A stretch of DNA of 64,000 bases from Alkalispirochaeta sp. (GCA_965601925.1 OZ271854.1:4192001-4256000); one strand, 5' to 3'. Counted from the stretch's first letter, positions 46,996 to 57,588 are shown. Notes: a model not told the origin generated them from the letters alone. Numbers and translations: made by a program.

Positions 46996-48426
46996 ATGAC
47001 CACAACACCGTATTACCGGCCCGTCACCCAAGCCGTCGCCGACGAGCTCCGCTCGATCGTCGGCGCGCGGCACGTCGTATTCGCCGATCGCGATGCGTTG
47101 GAACCGTACTCACATGACGAGATTCCCGATCGACGCTACGCACACGAGCCGGAGGTGGTCGTCAGCCCGAAAGACGCGACCGAGATCTCCCGTATCATGA
47201 AGCTGGCCAACCGCGAGCGTATTCCCGTGACACCCCGCGGCGCCGGCAGCGGATTGTCGGGGGGCGCCGTTCCACTCCACGGCGGCATCGTGCTTCTCAC
47301 GGATCGCCTCAATCAAATTCTCGAAGTCGATTTGGACAACATGATGGTAGTGGTGGAGCCGGGCGTCATCACCGCGCATATCAACGAGCGACTCGAGGGA
47401 ACGGGACTCTTCTACGCCGGATATCCGATGAGTTTGGAAACGTGCTACGTCGGGGGAAACGTAGCGGAGAACGCCGGCGGAGGTAAGGCGGTGAAGTACG
47501 GCGTCACCGGACGCTACGTCTTGGGTTTAGAGGTCGTGACGCCCACCGGCGACATCGTCGAGCTGGGAGGTAAGCTGGTTAAGGATGTGACGGGATACAA
47601 CATGCTCCAGCTGATGGTCGGTAGCGAGGGAACGCTCGGAATCTTCACGAAAGTGTGGCTTCGTCTTACACCGAATCCGACCACGTCCGTCGACCTCCTG
47701 GCGCTCTTTCCCGACACGGCGACCGCAATCGACTTGGTACCGAGTATCATGACGAAGACCGGCATCACCCCGACGGCCATCGAGTATATCGACCGCCGGA
47801 GTTTTGCGCACGCGTGTCGATACCTCAACGAGACGATGTCGTACGAACAAGCGGGAGCGGTGCTGATCATTACCGTGGACGGTGACGACGAACAGCACGT
47901 TATCGGCGCATACGAGCGGATCGGCGCGCTCTGCGAAGAACATCACGCGTCGGAGGTGTACGTCGCCGACAATCGCACTACCAGTGAACGCATATGGGCC
48001 GTGCGTCGCAACATAGCCGAAAGCTATGCCCAGATCAGCCCGGATCAGGCGAACGAGGACCTGGTCGTACCACCCTCCGCGATTCCCGATCTCATCGCCG
48101 GCATGGAAGAGATCGCCGAGCGCCACGGAGTATTCGTACCGGCCTACGGGCACGCGGGGGACGGCAATATTCACACTCGAATCGTCCGCAACCCCGAATG
48201 GTCGCGCCGGGAGTGGGACGACCGTTTGCCGAACATTCTCGACGAGCTGTACGCGCTCACGGCGCGTCTGGGAGGTCGCATCAGCGGAGAACACGGCATC
48301 GGACACAAGCGCAAACCTTTTTTGGATCGCTTTGTCTCGCCGGAATATATCGCCATGATGCGCTCTATCAAGCGCGCACTGGATCCCGCCAACGTACTCA
48401 ACCCCGGAAAGATTTTCGACGTGTAG
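46996..48426 (+). CDS. FAD-linked oxidase, GlcD/D-lactate dehydrogenase family
   Basis: PRGAGSGLSGG, GGNVAENAGG, KYGVT, GSEGTLGI, GHAGDGNIH, SGEHGIG, DPANVLNPGK; start ATG 46996. Confidence 0.92.
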   Translation: MTTTPYYRPVTQAVADELRSIVGARHVVFADRDALEPYSHDEIPDRRYAHEPEVVVSPKDATEISRIMKLANRERIPVTPRGAGSGLSGGAVPLHGGIVLLTDRLNQILEVDLDNMMVVVEPGVITAHINERLEGTGLFYAGYPMSLETCYVGGNVAENAGGGKAVKYGVTGRYVLGLEVVTPTGDIVELGGKLVKDVTGYNMLQLMVGSEGTLGIFTKVWLRLTPNPTTSVDLLALFPDTATAIDLVPSIMTKTGITPTAIEYIDRRSFAHACRYLNETMSYEQAGAVLIITVDGDDEQHVIGAYERIGALCEEHHASEVYVADNRTTSERIWAVRRNIAESYAQISPDQANEDLVVPPSAIPDLIAGMEEIAERHGVFVPAYGHAGDGNIHTRIVRNPEWSRREWDDRLPNILDELYALTARLGGRISGEHGIGHKRKPFLDRFVSPEYIAMMRSIKRALDPANVLNPGKIFDV

Positions 48427-48440
48427 CGCACCCCCGTCCT

Positions 48441-49316
48441 CTACGACGCATTCAGCGCCGAAAGTACTTCGTACAGCGCCTGTGTTCCGAGGTTGTCCAT
48501 ACCCTTTGCCATTGCGGCGCGATAGAACTGCTCGACCATGGCGAGCCCCGGGAGCGCAAGGTTGATACGCCGCGCCTCGGCGAGGGCGATCCCGATATCT
48601 TTGACAAAGTGCCGAACCATGAATCCCGGATCCATGTCGCCCCGGGCGATCCGCGGACCGAGATTATTGATCGACCACGAACCGGCCGCACCGCTACCGA
48701 TGACGGCGATCACCTCCTCTTGAGAGAGCCCCACGTTCTTCGCATACAGGAGCGATTCGACGACGCCGACCATCGTAGAAGCGATGAGAATCTGGTTAGC
48801 CATTTTGGTGTGCTGCCCCGATCCGGGCCCGCCCATCAGACGGATCGTCGTTCCCATGAGCGCAAATAGCGGTTTGACGCGTTCAAACGCCGGGGCCGCA
48901 CCGCCGACCATGATCGCTAACGATCCGGCGCGTGCGCCGGTGTCTCCTCCCGAAACCGGCGCGTCGAGGGCCGCTATACCGCGCCCTTCCGCCGCTTCGG
49001 CGATGCGTATCGCAAGACTCGGATCCGAAGTCGTCATGTCTACGAGAATAGCGCCGGTGTCGGCGACCTCTATGATCCCTTGCTCGCCCAGATAGGTATC
49101 CCGTACGTCGTGGGGATATCCGACGATGGTGAATATGATCTCCGCGCCGCGCGCCGCCTCCGCGGCATCGCTGCATATTCGAGCGCCGCGTTCCCGAAGC
49201 GGTTCGGCCTTCGACCGAGTGCGATTGTAGACCTGCAGTTCGTGTCCCGCGTCGATCACGTGCCCCGCCATGCTGTACCCCATGATTCCCGTTCCGATCC
49301 ATCCTATCGTGCTCAT
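48441..49316 (-). CDS. NAD(P)-dependent beta-hydroxyacid dehydrogenase (3-hydroxyisobutyrate/tartronate semialdehyde reductase family)
   Basis: IGWIGTGIMG, YNRT, LDAPVSGG, GSGQHTKMANQ, PGF.V.HF.KD; start ATG 49316. Confidence 0.92.
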   Translation of the reverse strand: MSTIGWIGTGIMGYSMAGHVIDAGHELQVYNRTRSKAEPLRERGARICSDAAEAARGAEIIFTIVGYPHDVRDTYLGEQGIIEVADTGAILVDMTTSDPSLAIRIAEAAEGRGIAALDAPVSGGDTGARAGSLAIMVGGAAPAFERVKPLFALMGTTIRLMGGPGSGQHTKMANQILIASTMVGVVESLLYAKNVGLSQEEVIAVIGSGAAGSWSINNLGPRIARGDMDPGFMVRHFVKDIGIALAEARRINLALPGLAMVEQFYRAAMAKGMDNLGTQALYEVLSALNAS

Positions 49317-49447
49317 GGGTGTAGCATACCGCGTTTCAGCTCTCGGGTCATCGCTCGCCGGGGTGACCCTCCCCGCGCGTACTCCGACGAAGGGCGATAT
49401 CAACCGGCGCATCGCGGCGTACCGCACCATCGCAAAACGACATGACG

Positions 49448-51643
49448 CTACGATGAAACCAGATCGCGGAGAAGATCGCGCACCTCGCCGACACCATCGA
49501 TCGAGTACGCCGCTGCGGTGGATCCCACGCCGACCTTTATCGACACGCCGTCCTCCGGTACAGCCTGGAACATATACTCGTCGGTGGCGTCGTCCCCGAT
49601 CGCCATAACGAAGTCCCACGGCCCCGACTCCAGAAAATGTCGTACGACGCGCCCTTTGTGTACCTGCGCCGGCTTCACCTCCAGTACGCGGTTCCCGTCC
49701 AAGACGGACAGTTCCAGGTTGGCAGTAAAGCTGATAAGCGTCTCTCGAAGCTCCGCAAGGCGCACGTTGGCCAGCTCGGGCTCGCTGTTGCGATAGTGCC
49801 ACGCGAGGGAAAAGAGCTTCTCTTCCATCGCCGAGCCCGGGGTTCTGTCGACGGTACGCCGAATAATCGGCGCGATCGTCTCCTTCCACACCGGCTCCCC
49901 GACTCCCGCGTCCTGCCACGCCCCGCCGAGCTCGCGCAACCACGCTCCATGTCCGGCTCCCAAGGCTAAGGGAAGATCGCCTACCCAGCGCTCCAGGTTG
50001 TCGCGATCGCGACCGCTGGAGAGCACCAACTGTACGCCGTCGGCCTCCGCCAGCCGATGGAGGAGCGCTCGGAGCTCTTCGTCCGGTTTGGCGTGCTCGG
50101 GATGCCGAAAAAAGGGCATCAACGTGCCGTCGTAGTCCAGGACGAGCAGTCGCGAACGGGCCGATCGCCACCGGTCCAAGATCGCCGTACGTATGGAGCG
50201 ATCGATCGGCTGCGCCCGTAACGAGGATTGCAAGGCGCGCATATCGTCGAGTTTGTGCAGAAAGTCGCGCGCCCAGTGTTGCACCGTGAGGCGCTTCACC
50301 CGCTCACGCATCTTGGAGATATTGCGCTCCTGTTCACGCTTCGGACGTTGGAGCGCCTCGTAAATCGCCTGAGCTACGCCGTCTATGTCACTGGGGTTTA
50401 CGTGGGTCGCCTCGGAGAGCTCGCGCGCCGCGCCGGCGGTTTCGCTTAGGATCAGTGCGCCGTGTTTGTCTTCACGCGCCGCAAGATACTCCTTGACGAT
50501 GAGATTCATACCGTCCCGAAGGGGAGTGACGAGCAGTGCGTCGGCGCGCCGATAGAGCGCGTTTAACTCCTCGAACGAGGCGGTTTGGTACTGGTAGTGA
50601 ATGGGAACCCAATCGAGAGTGCTGAAGCGGCCGTTGATTTGACTCACTAACTCGTCGACTTCGCGCTTGAGCTCCATGTACCGCGGCACCGATTCGCGCG
50701 ACGGAGAGACGATGATCAGGAACGTCACCGAGCCGCTAAGGTCCGCATGCTTCTCCAAGAGGCGCCCGAAGGCGCGGATACGCGTCGGTATTCCCTTACT
50801 ATAGTCCAGACGGTCGACCGACAGGAGGAGCTTCTGTCCGCGATAGCGCTTCGTCATGGTCGAAAGGACATCGCGCACTTCGGACAACGTGCCGGCGTCG
50901 GAGTAACGGTGCCAATCAATACCCATGGGAAAGACATCCACCTTGACCGCTCGACGCGCCGTCTGGATGACGCCCATCGAGTGATCGTATCCGATAAGAC
51001 GTCGCACGCTGGATAGAAAGTGGCGGGCGTAATCATACGTATGAAATCCGATCAGATCCGCACCCAACATCCCTTCGATAATCGCCTCGCGCCACGGTAG
51101 GAGGCGAAAAATCTCGTACGACGGGAAGGGAATGTGCAAGAAGAAGCCCACTTGGACCTCGGGAAAGGACTCCTTGATCAGTTGGGGCAGCAACATAAGC
51201 TGATAGTCGTGAACCCACACAGTCGCGTCGTCGCGTATATGCGGTCGCAGGGCGTCAAAAAAACGACGGTTGATCGCGCGGTACGACTCCCACCATTCGT
51301 GGTTGTACTCCGCGTAGGTCGGGAAGTAATGAAAGAGCGGCCAGATCGTATCGTTACAAAAGCCGCTGTAAAACGATTCGAGCTCCTCGGAGGAGATCGG
51401 TACCGGTACCGATCCGTGCTCTGATCGGAGCGTATCGGCGATCTCGTCCCGTTCGTCCTCGGAAAGACGATCGGATGGTATTCCGCTCCATCCGATCCAG
51501 AGGGCGTTGTCGTAGTTCTCAGCCACGGAGCTGAGCCCCGTAGCGAGTCCCCCGACACTGGGAACGAACGCCGGGCCGTGATCCTTCCGTTCAACGCGTA
51601 CCGCCAAACGGTTCGATACAAATACGATTTGTCGACCGGTCAT
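49448..51643 (-). CDS. Bifunctional trehalose-6-phosphate synthase/phosphatase (OtsA-OtsB fusion)
   Basis: VSNRL, GGLATGL, WVHDYQL, FLHIPFP, VDRLDYSKGI, RDGMNL; C-terminal HAD LDYDGTL, GDD.TDE.MF. Confidence 0.93.
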   Translation of the reverse strand: MTGRQIVFVSNRLAVRVERKDHGPAFVPSVGGLATGLSSVAENYDNALWIGWSGIPSDRLSEDERDEIADTLRSEHGSVPVPISSEELESFYSGFCNDTIWPLFHYFPTYAEYNHEWWESYRAINRRFFDALRPHIRDDATVWVHDYQLMLLPQLIKESFPEVQVGFFLHIPFPSYEIFRLLPWREAIIEGMLGADLIGFHTYDYARHFLSSVRRLIGYDHSMGVIQTARRAVKVDVFPMGIDWHRYSDAGTLSEVRDVLSTMTKRYRGQKLLLSVDRLDYSKGIPTRIRAFGRLLEKHADLSGSVTFLIIVSPSRESVPRYMELKREVDELVSQINGRFSTLDWVPIHYQYQTASFEELNALYRRADALLVTPLRDGMNLIVKEYLAAREDKHGALILSETAGAARELSEATHVNPSDIDGVAQAIYEALQRPKREQERNISKMRERVKRLTVQHWARDFLHKLDDMRALQSSLRAQPIDRSIRTAILDRWRSARSRLLVLDYDGTLMPFFRHPEHAKPDEELRALLHRLAEADGVQLVLSSGRDRDNLERWVGDLPLALGAGHGAWLRELGGAWQDAGVGEPVWKETIAPIIRRTVDRTPGSAMEEKLFSLAWHYRNSEPELANVRLAELRETLISFTANLELSVLDGNRVLEVKPAQVHKGRVVRHFLESGPWDFVMAIGDDATDEYMFQAVPEDGVSIKVGVGSTAAAYSIDGVGEVRDLLRDLVSS

Positions 51644-51647
51644 AGCG

Positions 51648-52634
51648 CTACCACCGTTGGTGCACCAACGAACGAACGTTTCGATCGTAGATGTCGGTCA
51701 CCGCCTCGTGAACCGTCGCGGACAACGGCGCCACCTCGCTCGCCTCCACGTTTGAAACGACCTGTTCGACTCGCGAGGCGCCGGGAATCACCGTACTCAC
51801 CGCGGGGTGGTCAAGAATCCACCGCAGGGCGCACTGCGCCATCGGGATCTCCTTCGGGAGAACCGCTTGTAGTTCGGCAACGGCAGCGAGCGCCTCCCGG
51901 TACGGCACTCCGCTGAAGGTCTCACCCTTGTCGAAGGCCGCTCCCTCGCGGTTGAAGGTACGGTGGTCGTCGGCGGCGAATACCGTATCGCCGGTGAACC
52001 GGCCGCTCAGCAGCCCGCTCGCGAGGGGGACGCGAACGATGATTCCCACACCGCGCGCCGCCGCTCTCTGGAAGAATCGTTCTCGCGGACGCAGGCGAAA
52101 CATGTTAAAGATGATTTGCACCGTAGCGACGTTCGGGAACTCGATCGCCTTTTCCGCCTCTTCTACTTTTTCGACGGAGACGCCGAGGTGTGCGATCTTG
52201 CCCTCTTCGCGAAGTCGTTCAAACGTCTCAAAAATCTCGGGTCGGTAGTACACCTGCGTCGGTGGACAGTGCAGTTGCACGAGGTCCAAACGTTCGAGCC
52301 CCGTGTTTTTTAGACTCGCTTCCACGAATGAACGCATCGCCTCGGGTGTGTAGGCCTCTTGGACGTGGGGAGAGAGCCCACGACCGCATTTCGTCGCGAC
52401 GAACACCTCTTCCCGCCGGCTGCGTACTACATCTCCGACCGCCGCCTCGCTCAGGCCCTCGCTGTACACGTCGGCGGTATCGATGAAGTTAACGCCGCGA
52501 TCGATCGCCTCCCCTACGATCGCATGTGCCGCGTCACGGTCGAACGGCCGCCCCCATCCGCCGCCGACCTGCCACGTGCCGATGGAGACCTCCGATACCT
52601 TCATACCGCTTCGTCCAAGATTCCGGTAATTCAT
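51648..52634 (-). CDS. Aldo/keto reductase
   Basis: MNYRNLG.SG.KVS, FIDTADVY..G.SE, ATK, LDLVQLH, GKI..LGVS, PLASGLL, VIPGA. Confidence 0.92.
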   Translation of the reverse strand: MNYRNLGRSGMKVSEVSIGTWQVGGGWGRPFDRDAAHAIVGEAIDRGVNFIDTADVYSEGLSEAAVGDVVRSRREEVFVATKCGRGLSPHVQEAYTPEAMRSFVEASLKNTGLERLDLVQLHCPPTQVYYRPEIFETFERLREEGKIAHLGVSVEKVEEAEKAIEFPNVATVQIIFNMFRLRPRERFFQRAAARGVGIIVRVPLASGLLSGRFTGDTVFAADDHRTFNREGAAFDKGETFSGVPYREALAAVAELQAVLPKEIPMAQCALRWILDHPAVSTVIPGASRVEQVVSNVEASEVAPLSATVHEAVTDIYDRNVRSLVHQRW

Positions 52635-52727
52635 ACCCGCAGGGTAGTACGATCGGCACCGAGAGACAAGCGCGTACACGGTCGGACGGGCCGCACGACG
52701 CCTATTGCGTCGATTCCTCGCGATGTG

Positions 52728-53399
52728 TCAGTGCACCTGCCACGTATCGCCGGGTTGCATCTCGCGCACCGTTATGCCGTCCGGGCGAAAATCGTCCGCG
52801 CTCTGCACCAACAACGGAAATGTCGCGTAGTGGATTGGAACGGCGACCTTCGCTCCGATCATTTCGGCGGCTTTTGAAGCCAACCGCGGCCCCATCGTGA
52901 AGCGATCCCCGATCGGTATTGCTGCGATGTCGGGCTTATACAGCTCGCCGATTAACGCCATATCGGAGAAAAGACCCGTATCACCGGCGTGATACACGAC
53001 GCGCCCTCCCATCGAGACGACCAGGCCGCACGGCATTCCCATATAGCGTCCCTCATACGACGATGAGTGAAAGGCGTGGGTAAACGCGATAGAACCGAAG
53101 GGAAGCGTTATCGTTCCCCCAGGGTTACCGGGTTCGATCTTCTCAACTCCTCGTTCCTGAAACCACGTCGCCAGTTCAAATGCGGCGATCACCGTCGCAC
53201 CGTTCTTTTTCGCAATGTTGACCGCATCACCCACGTGATCAGAATGGCCGTGCGTCAGGGCGATGTGGGTACACGACAAGTCCTCCGGCTTATGTACCGA
53301 TCGAGGATTGCCGGTGAGGAACGGATCGATCACCAGACGATACGTCCCGTCGTCGAGTACGAACCCGGAGTGGCTCAAGTACGTTATTGATAGTCCCAT
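52728..53399 (-). CDS. UPF0173 metal-dependent hydrolase (MBL fold)
   Basis: HSGF, IDPFL.GNP, THGHSDH.GD, HSSS, YHAGDT.LFSDM, PIGD.FTMG, PIHY.TF. Confidence 0.9.
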   Translation of the reverse strand: MGLSITYLSHSGFVLDDGTYRLVIDPFLTGNPRSVHKPEDLSCTHIALTHGHSDHVGDAVNIAKKNGATVIAAFELATWFQERGVEKIEPGNPGGTITLPFGSIAFTHAFHSSSYEGRYMGMPCGLVVSMGGRVVYHAGDTGLFSDMALIGELYKPDIAAIPIGDRFTMGPRLASKAAEMIGAKVAVPIHYATFPLLVQSADDFRPDGITVREMQPGDTWQVH

Positions 53400-53511
53400 A
53401 GACGATCCTCCTTCGTCCCTAAAGGTTACGGAGAAGGAAAAAGTACCAACGGAACGTCACGTAGTCCACGTACGCGTCACGGTACGGCGGCGCGAAAGGC
53501 GACGGTGATCG

Positions 53512-54462
53512 CTAAGACGCGTCGCTCCCGCCCGCGGAGCGGAGCTGCCGATCGCCGCTTCGAGGAATCGCGAATGCCAAAGAGACGAGCACCAGAAAAG
53601 CTCCCGCGACGCTGACGATACCGGGTATCTCACCCAGAAACAGCGCAACGATGACCGTCGCAAAGACCGGCTCCAGCAAGATATAGGTAGATACCTCGGC
53701 GGCGTCGAGGTGCCGGAGAGTCCAGTTTATGAGGCTGTGGCCCAGGATCGTGCAAAAAAGCGCCAAAGCGATGAAGAGCGCGAACTCCCGTACCGGGTAG
53801 GGACCCAACGGCGTTCCCCACGCGCGGGCGACGAAAGAGAGCGCTGCCGCAGCGACGCCGTACACTGCAAAGCTATAGATAGATACCGGTACGAAACGCC
53901 GCGCCCAACGCCCGATGACCAGATACCCGGCGACTCCCGCGGCACCGGCCAAGGCGAGCATATCGCCGGCCACGGTCGGAGAGCGACCCGCCACACTTCC
54001 TCCTGCGGAGAGGACGATCGCGCCGATTATCGCAGTCGGCAACGCCGCAAGGCGTCGTGCTGCAACGGGTTCCCGCAAGAACAGCACCCCCGCGATCGTC
54101 ACGAGGATCGGGTGCATGGAGACGAGTACGGTCGAGTGAACGACGCTGGTAAACGAGAGCGACGAGATCCACGTGGCAAAGTGCATTGCCAAAAGGAGCC
54201 CGCTCGCGACCAGCATGAGCGCGACCTTCGGCACGCTCCCGCACGACAAGACTTCCACCGCCTCGTCGGTGCCGCGAGTATCGCGTTCGCGCTTCCGCCG
54301 CACACGCTCTACGCCCAAAAGAGGAGCGGTCAGCGCCGTCGCAAAGATCATTCGCCACGCCGCCACGGCCAACGGCGGCGAACCGCTCAGCCGTATGAGC
54401 GGAGCGGAGAGCGAAGAGAAGGCGATCGCCACCAGAACGACAAGGCGTGGATGCGCTCTCAT
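53512..54462 (-). CDS. DMT/EamA family transporter
   Basis: Ten TM segments in two repeats, HFATW..SL..TSV, GD.LAL, GHSL.NW, LLEPV. Confidence 0.9.
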   Translation of the reverse strand: MRAHPRLVVLVAIAFSSLSAPLIRLSGSPPLAVAAWRMIFATALTAPLLGVERVRRKRERDTRGTDEAVEVLSCGSVPKVALMLVASGLLLAMHFATWISSLSFTSVVHSTVLVSMHPILVTIAGVLFLREPVAARRLAALPTAIIGAIVLSAGGSVAGRSPTVAGDMLALAGAAGVAGYLVIGRWARRFVPVSIYSFAVYGVAAAALSFVARAWGTPLGPYPVREFALFIALALFCTILGHSLINWTLRHLDAAEVSTYILLEPVFATVIVALFLGEIPGIVSVAGAFLVLVSLAFAIPRSGDRQLRSAGGSDAS

Positions 54463-54479
54463 ACGACACTACGGCGCAA

Positions 54480-55985
54480 TCAGTTCAGGGGAATGAAGCT
54501 CACCAGACTGCGGAGATTATCGTCGGTAAATCGTACGCCGGCGCTCACGAAAAAGTCGCGTTGGTAGATATCCATCGCGTCATCGACACCGCCGGCAAGA
54601 TAGATCCACCGCAGCGGGTTGTTGCTCTCCGGATCGTAGAAGGGATACAGCGTGCCGTACCCGCGCAGATAGACGCCGTCGTCGGCCCCGAAATCGAACG
54701 CCTCGGCCGAGAGGGCAAACCGATCGACGGGTTGAAGATCGAGCCCCACACCGGCAGTGCTTTCGAATACGCCGGCGCGCGCGGTGAGAGGGCCCCATAT
54801 TCGTGCGAGCTGAAGATTGAACTTCAGATCGTCGGAAGAGACTTGCTCGTTCCTCGTCTCAACCGTCGTCGTGCCTCCGGAGCTGGTCGTGGTCACCGTC
54901 GTCTCTTCGGTTCTCGTCGGTACCGGCGTGCTAACCACTCCGGCGGTATAGAACCGATCGCTCTGGCGCGGCACCAGGCGCAGATTGAAACGGTCTTTGG
55001 TTTCCAGTTGGTCCACCAAGAACTCGCTCCGGAAATCGAGCTGCACTCCGAGCCCGCCGATGGAATCGAGAAACCCTTCGGCCTCCTCGGTGATACGCAC
55101 GACCCTCGTGTACAGCTCATCGTCGTTTATCAAGCGACCGACATTCCCTTCGCCGTCCCGTACGACCCGTGTGATCTCCTGTACGTTGTCGGCGCTCGCC
55201 TGTAGCGAATTGATCACGACCTGTAGACCGGCAAGGTTCTCTTCGATCGATCGAATGCTCTGCGCCATACTTTGATCGTTTTCACCGACCAGCGAGTCGA
55301 GTCGCGCGGTCAGGCTTGCCGTCGAGTTAAGGATTTCCTGGACGGACTCCAGCTGCTGTATCGAGCTATCGTCCAGGCGCGCACTGAAGGATTGGATATT
55401 CTGCATCGTGCTCCGCGCAATGAGAAGGTTCTGCTCGAGAAGCGCACTCGTGGAGATCGCCGCCTCGCGAATGACCATCACGATCTCGTTGAGCGCCTGC
55501 ACGGTGCCTTCATCGGTAAGATAGGTGTTGATCTCCTCGACGAGTGCCGCGGCGTTGGCGGCCAGCACATTGGCGTTTCCCACCGCGTCGGAGATCGTAG
55601 CGGACTGCTGAACGTTACGAACCGTATCGCCGTCACCGAGGAGTCCGCCGACTCCCGTCCCGGGATTGATCGACACCGTCGCGGTGCCCAGAAGGCTTTC
55701 CGTCGCCTTAGCCACGACCGCATCCTCATACAACTCCACGCTCTCCCTGATTTCGAGCGTCAGACGGGCGCGGGAGCCGTCGAGTTCGATAGCGGTAAGC
55801 CGTCCGACGTCTACACCGGCCAACCGCACGTTCGAGTCGATCAACAATCCGCTGGCGTCATCGACGTAGGCGTGGACGGTATAGGTCCTGCCGGTTCCGA
55901 CAAACTCAGCGGTCTGCATGACGTAAAGAATCGTGCCGATGCCGGTCAAGGTCACAAACAGACCGATTTTCACATATCGTGACAC
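54480..55985 (-). CDS. mlaD: MlaD/MCE family protein, long form
   Basis: N-terminal TM, DASGL...SNVRLAGV.VG (MCE), SLLG, long helical region, C-terminal amphipathic beta-strands. Confidence 0.85.
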   Translation of the reverse strand: MSRYVKIGLFVTLTGIGTILYVMQTAEFVGTGRTYTVHAYVDDASGLLIDSNVRLAGVDVGRLTAIELDGSRARLTLEIRESVELYEDAVVAKATESLLGTATVSINPGTGVGGLLGDGDTVRNVQQSATISDAVGNANVLAANAAALVEEINTYLTDEGTVQALNEIVMVIREAAISTSALLEQNLLIARSTMQNIQSFSARLDDSSIQQLESVQEILNSTASLTARLDSLVGENDQSMAQSIRSIEENLAGLQVVINSLQASADNVQEITRVVRDGEGNVGRLINDDELYTRVVRITEEAEGFLDSIGGLGVQLDFRSEFLVDQLETKDRFNLRLVPRQSDRFYTAGVVSTPVPTRTEETTVTTTSSGGTTTVETRNEQVSSDDLKFNLQLARIWGPLTARAGVFESTAGVGLDLQPVDRFALSAEAFDFGADDGVYLRGYGTLYPFYDPESNNPLRWIYLAGGVDDAMDIYQRDFFVSAGVRFTDDNLRSLVSFIPLN

Positions 55986-55986
55986 A

Positions 55987-56739
55987 CTAAACCTCTAACT
56001 CGGAAAACGAGTTGGCAATAAACTGCCGGAGCACGGGATGCTCCGTATCGCTCAGATCCCGCGGACGACCCTGCGCCTGGATTTGGCCATCATATAGGAA
56101 ACCTATGTAGTCGGAAATACGAAACGTCGCTTGAATATCATGAGTGATCAGGATACACGTAATGCCGAACTCGCGATTAACTTTCACGATGAGATCGTTG
56201 ATCGTCTCGGCGAGCACCGGATCGAGCCCGGTCGTCGGCTCGTCGAAGAGGAGTACGTCGGGTCGCGTCGCGAGGGTTCGGGCGAGGCCGACGCGCTTAC
56301 GCATACCGCCGGAGAGCTCCGAGGGAAACTTCTCCTCGATGCCGGGCAGACCGATCCACTCGAGTTTTTCCGCGACGATGGCGTCGATGTGAGGTTTGTC
56401 GGTCATACCCAACCCCTCTACCAACGGAAAGGCGATATTCTCGGCGACGGTGAGGGAATCGAAGAGCGCGGAGTCCTGGAAGAGATATCCGAAGTGACGC
56501 CGCATCTCGATGCGACGATTCGCGTCCGCAGCGATCATGCTCTCGTCGCGAAAAAAGATGTCACCCCGATCCGGTTCGAGGATGCCGATGATGTTCTTGA
56601 TGAGAACGCTCTTGCCGGTACCGCTCTGCCCGATGATTGCGGTGACCTTCTGCTCCTCGAAGGCTATGTCGATCCCCTGGAGAACGTGATTTTCTCCAAA
56701 AGATTTAAACAGTCCTTCGACCCGAACGATCTTGCCCAT
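55987..56739 (-). CDS. mlaF: MlaF-type ABC transporter ATPase
   Basis: GQSGTGKS, LFQDSALFDSLTV.ENIAFPL, LSGGMRKRVGLAR, FDEPTTGLDP, ITHD. Confidence 0.92.
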   Translation of the reverse strand: MGKIVRVEGLFKSFGENHVLQGIDIAFEEQKVTAIIGQSGTGKSVLIKNIIGILEPDRGDIFFRDESMIAADANRRIEMRRHFGYLFQDSALFDSLTVAENIAFPLVEGLGMTDKPHIDAIVAEKLEWIGLPGIEEKFPSELSGGMRKRVGLARTLATRPDVLLFDEPTTGLDPVLAETINDLIVKVNREFGITCILITHDIQATFRISDYIGFLYDGQIQAQGRPRDLSDTEHPVLRQFIANSFSELEV

Positions 56740-56745
56740 ACGCCT

Positions 56746-57588
56746 TCAATACAACAATTCGAGCATCAAGTCGGCCATAACGTAATCGGCTACCAAAATG
56801 CCGACCGACGAGGTGACGACAGCGCGTGTCGCCGCCTCTCCTACCCCCTTTGCCCCTCGATCGGAGTTGAATCCGAAGTAGGCGCAAATCACACTCATCA
56901 TAAACCCCATCACCGCCGCCTTGATCATGCCCGACGCGACGTCGGCCGGTTCCACGAACCAGTATAGCTGATCGAGAAAACCGCCGGGATCGACGTCCAG
57001 AGTACCGACCGCGATAATGTACGCCCCGACCAGCCCCACGACGTTGGCCATGGCGGTGAGGATCGGGAACACCACGACGCTGGCGACGACACGGGGAACC
57101 ACCAAGTAGTGGATCGGATCGACCGACATGGTTTGCATGGCGTCGATCTGTTCGGTGACGCGCATCGTTCCCAACTCCGCGGTCATGGCCGATCCGTTTT
57201 TTGCTATGAGCATCAGCGTCGTGATCACGGGGGCGAGTTCTCGAGCCAGAGTAAGTCCTACCGCCGCTCCGACCATCGTCTCGGCCTGAAACAGCGCCAA
57301 GAGGAGCGTAATCTGAAGCGAGAAGATCATCCCGATCGCGAAACTCGACAGACCGATAATCGGTACGGAACGGACGCCGATACGCTCCATCTGCTCGGCA
57401 AAGAGCCGCCAGCGAACCGGACGTTTCGGAAGACAGCGCAACACCCGTCCGAAAAAGATAAAGAATACCCCCAGCCCCTCGAATGTGACGTAGATTCGAC
57501 GTCCCATCGCCTCCAAAGGGCTGAGAATACGCGATTTCGGCGGCGGAGCACCGGCGTCTTGTTGTTCACGATCCATGACACCGCTCAT
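56746..57588 (-). CDS. mlaE: MlaE-type ABC transporter permease
   Basis: IGVRSVP, RELAPV, AELGTMRVTEQIDAM..M.VDP..YLVVPR, GA.GVG.A.T.AVV. Confidence 0.93.
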   Translation of the reverse strand: MSGVMDREQQDAGAPPPKSRILSPLEAMGRRIYVTFEGLGVFFIFFGRVLRCLPKRPVRWRLFAEQMERIGVRSVPIIGLSSFAIGMIFSLQITLLLALFQAETMVGAAVGLTLARELAPVITTLMLIAKNGSAMTAELGTMRVTEQIDAMQTMSVDPIHYLVVPRVVASVVVFPILTAMANVVGLVGAYIIAVGTLDVDPGGFLDQLYWFVEPADVASGMIKAAVMGFMMSVICAYFGFNSDRGAKGVGEAATRAVVTSSVGILVADYVMADLMLELLY

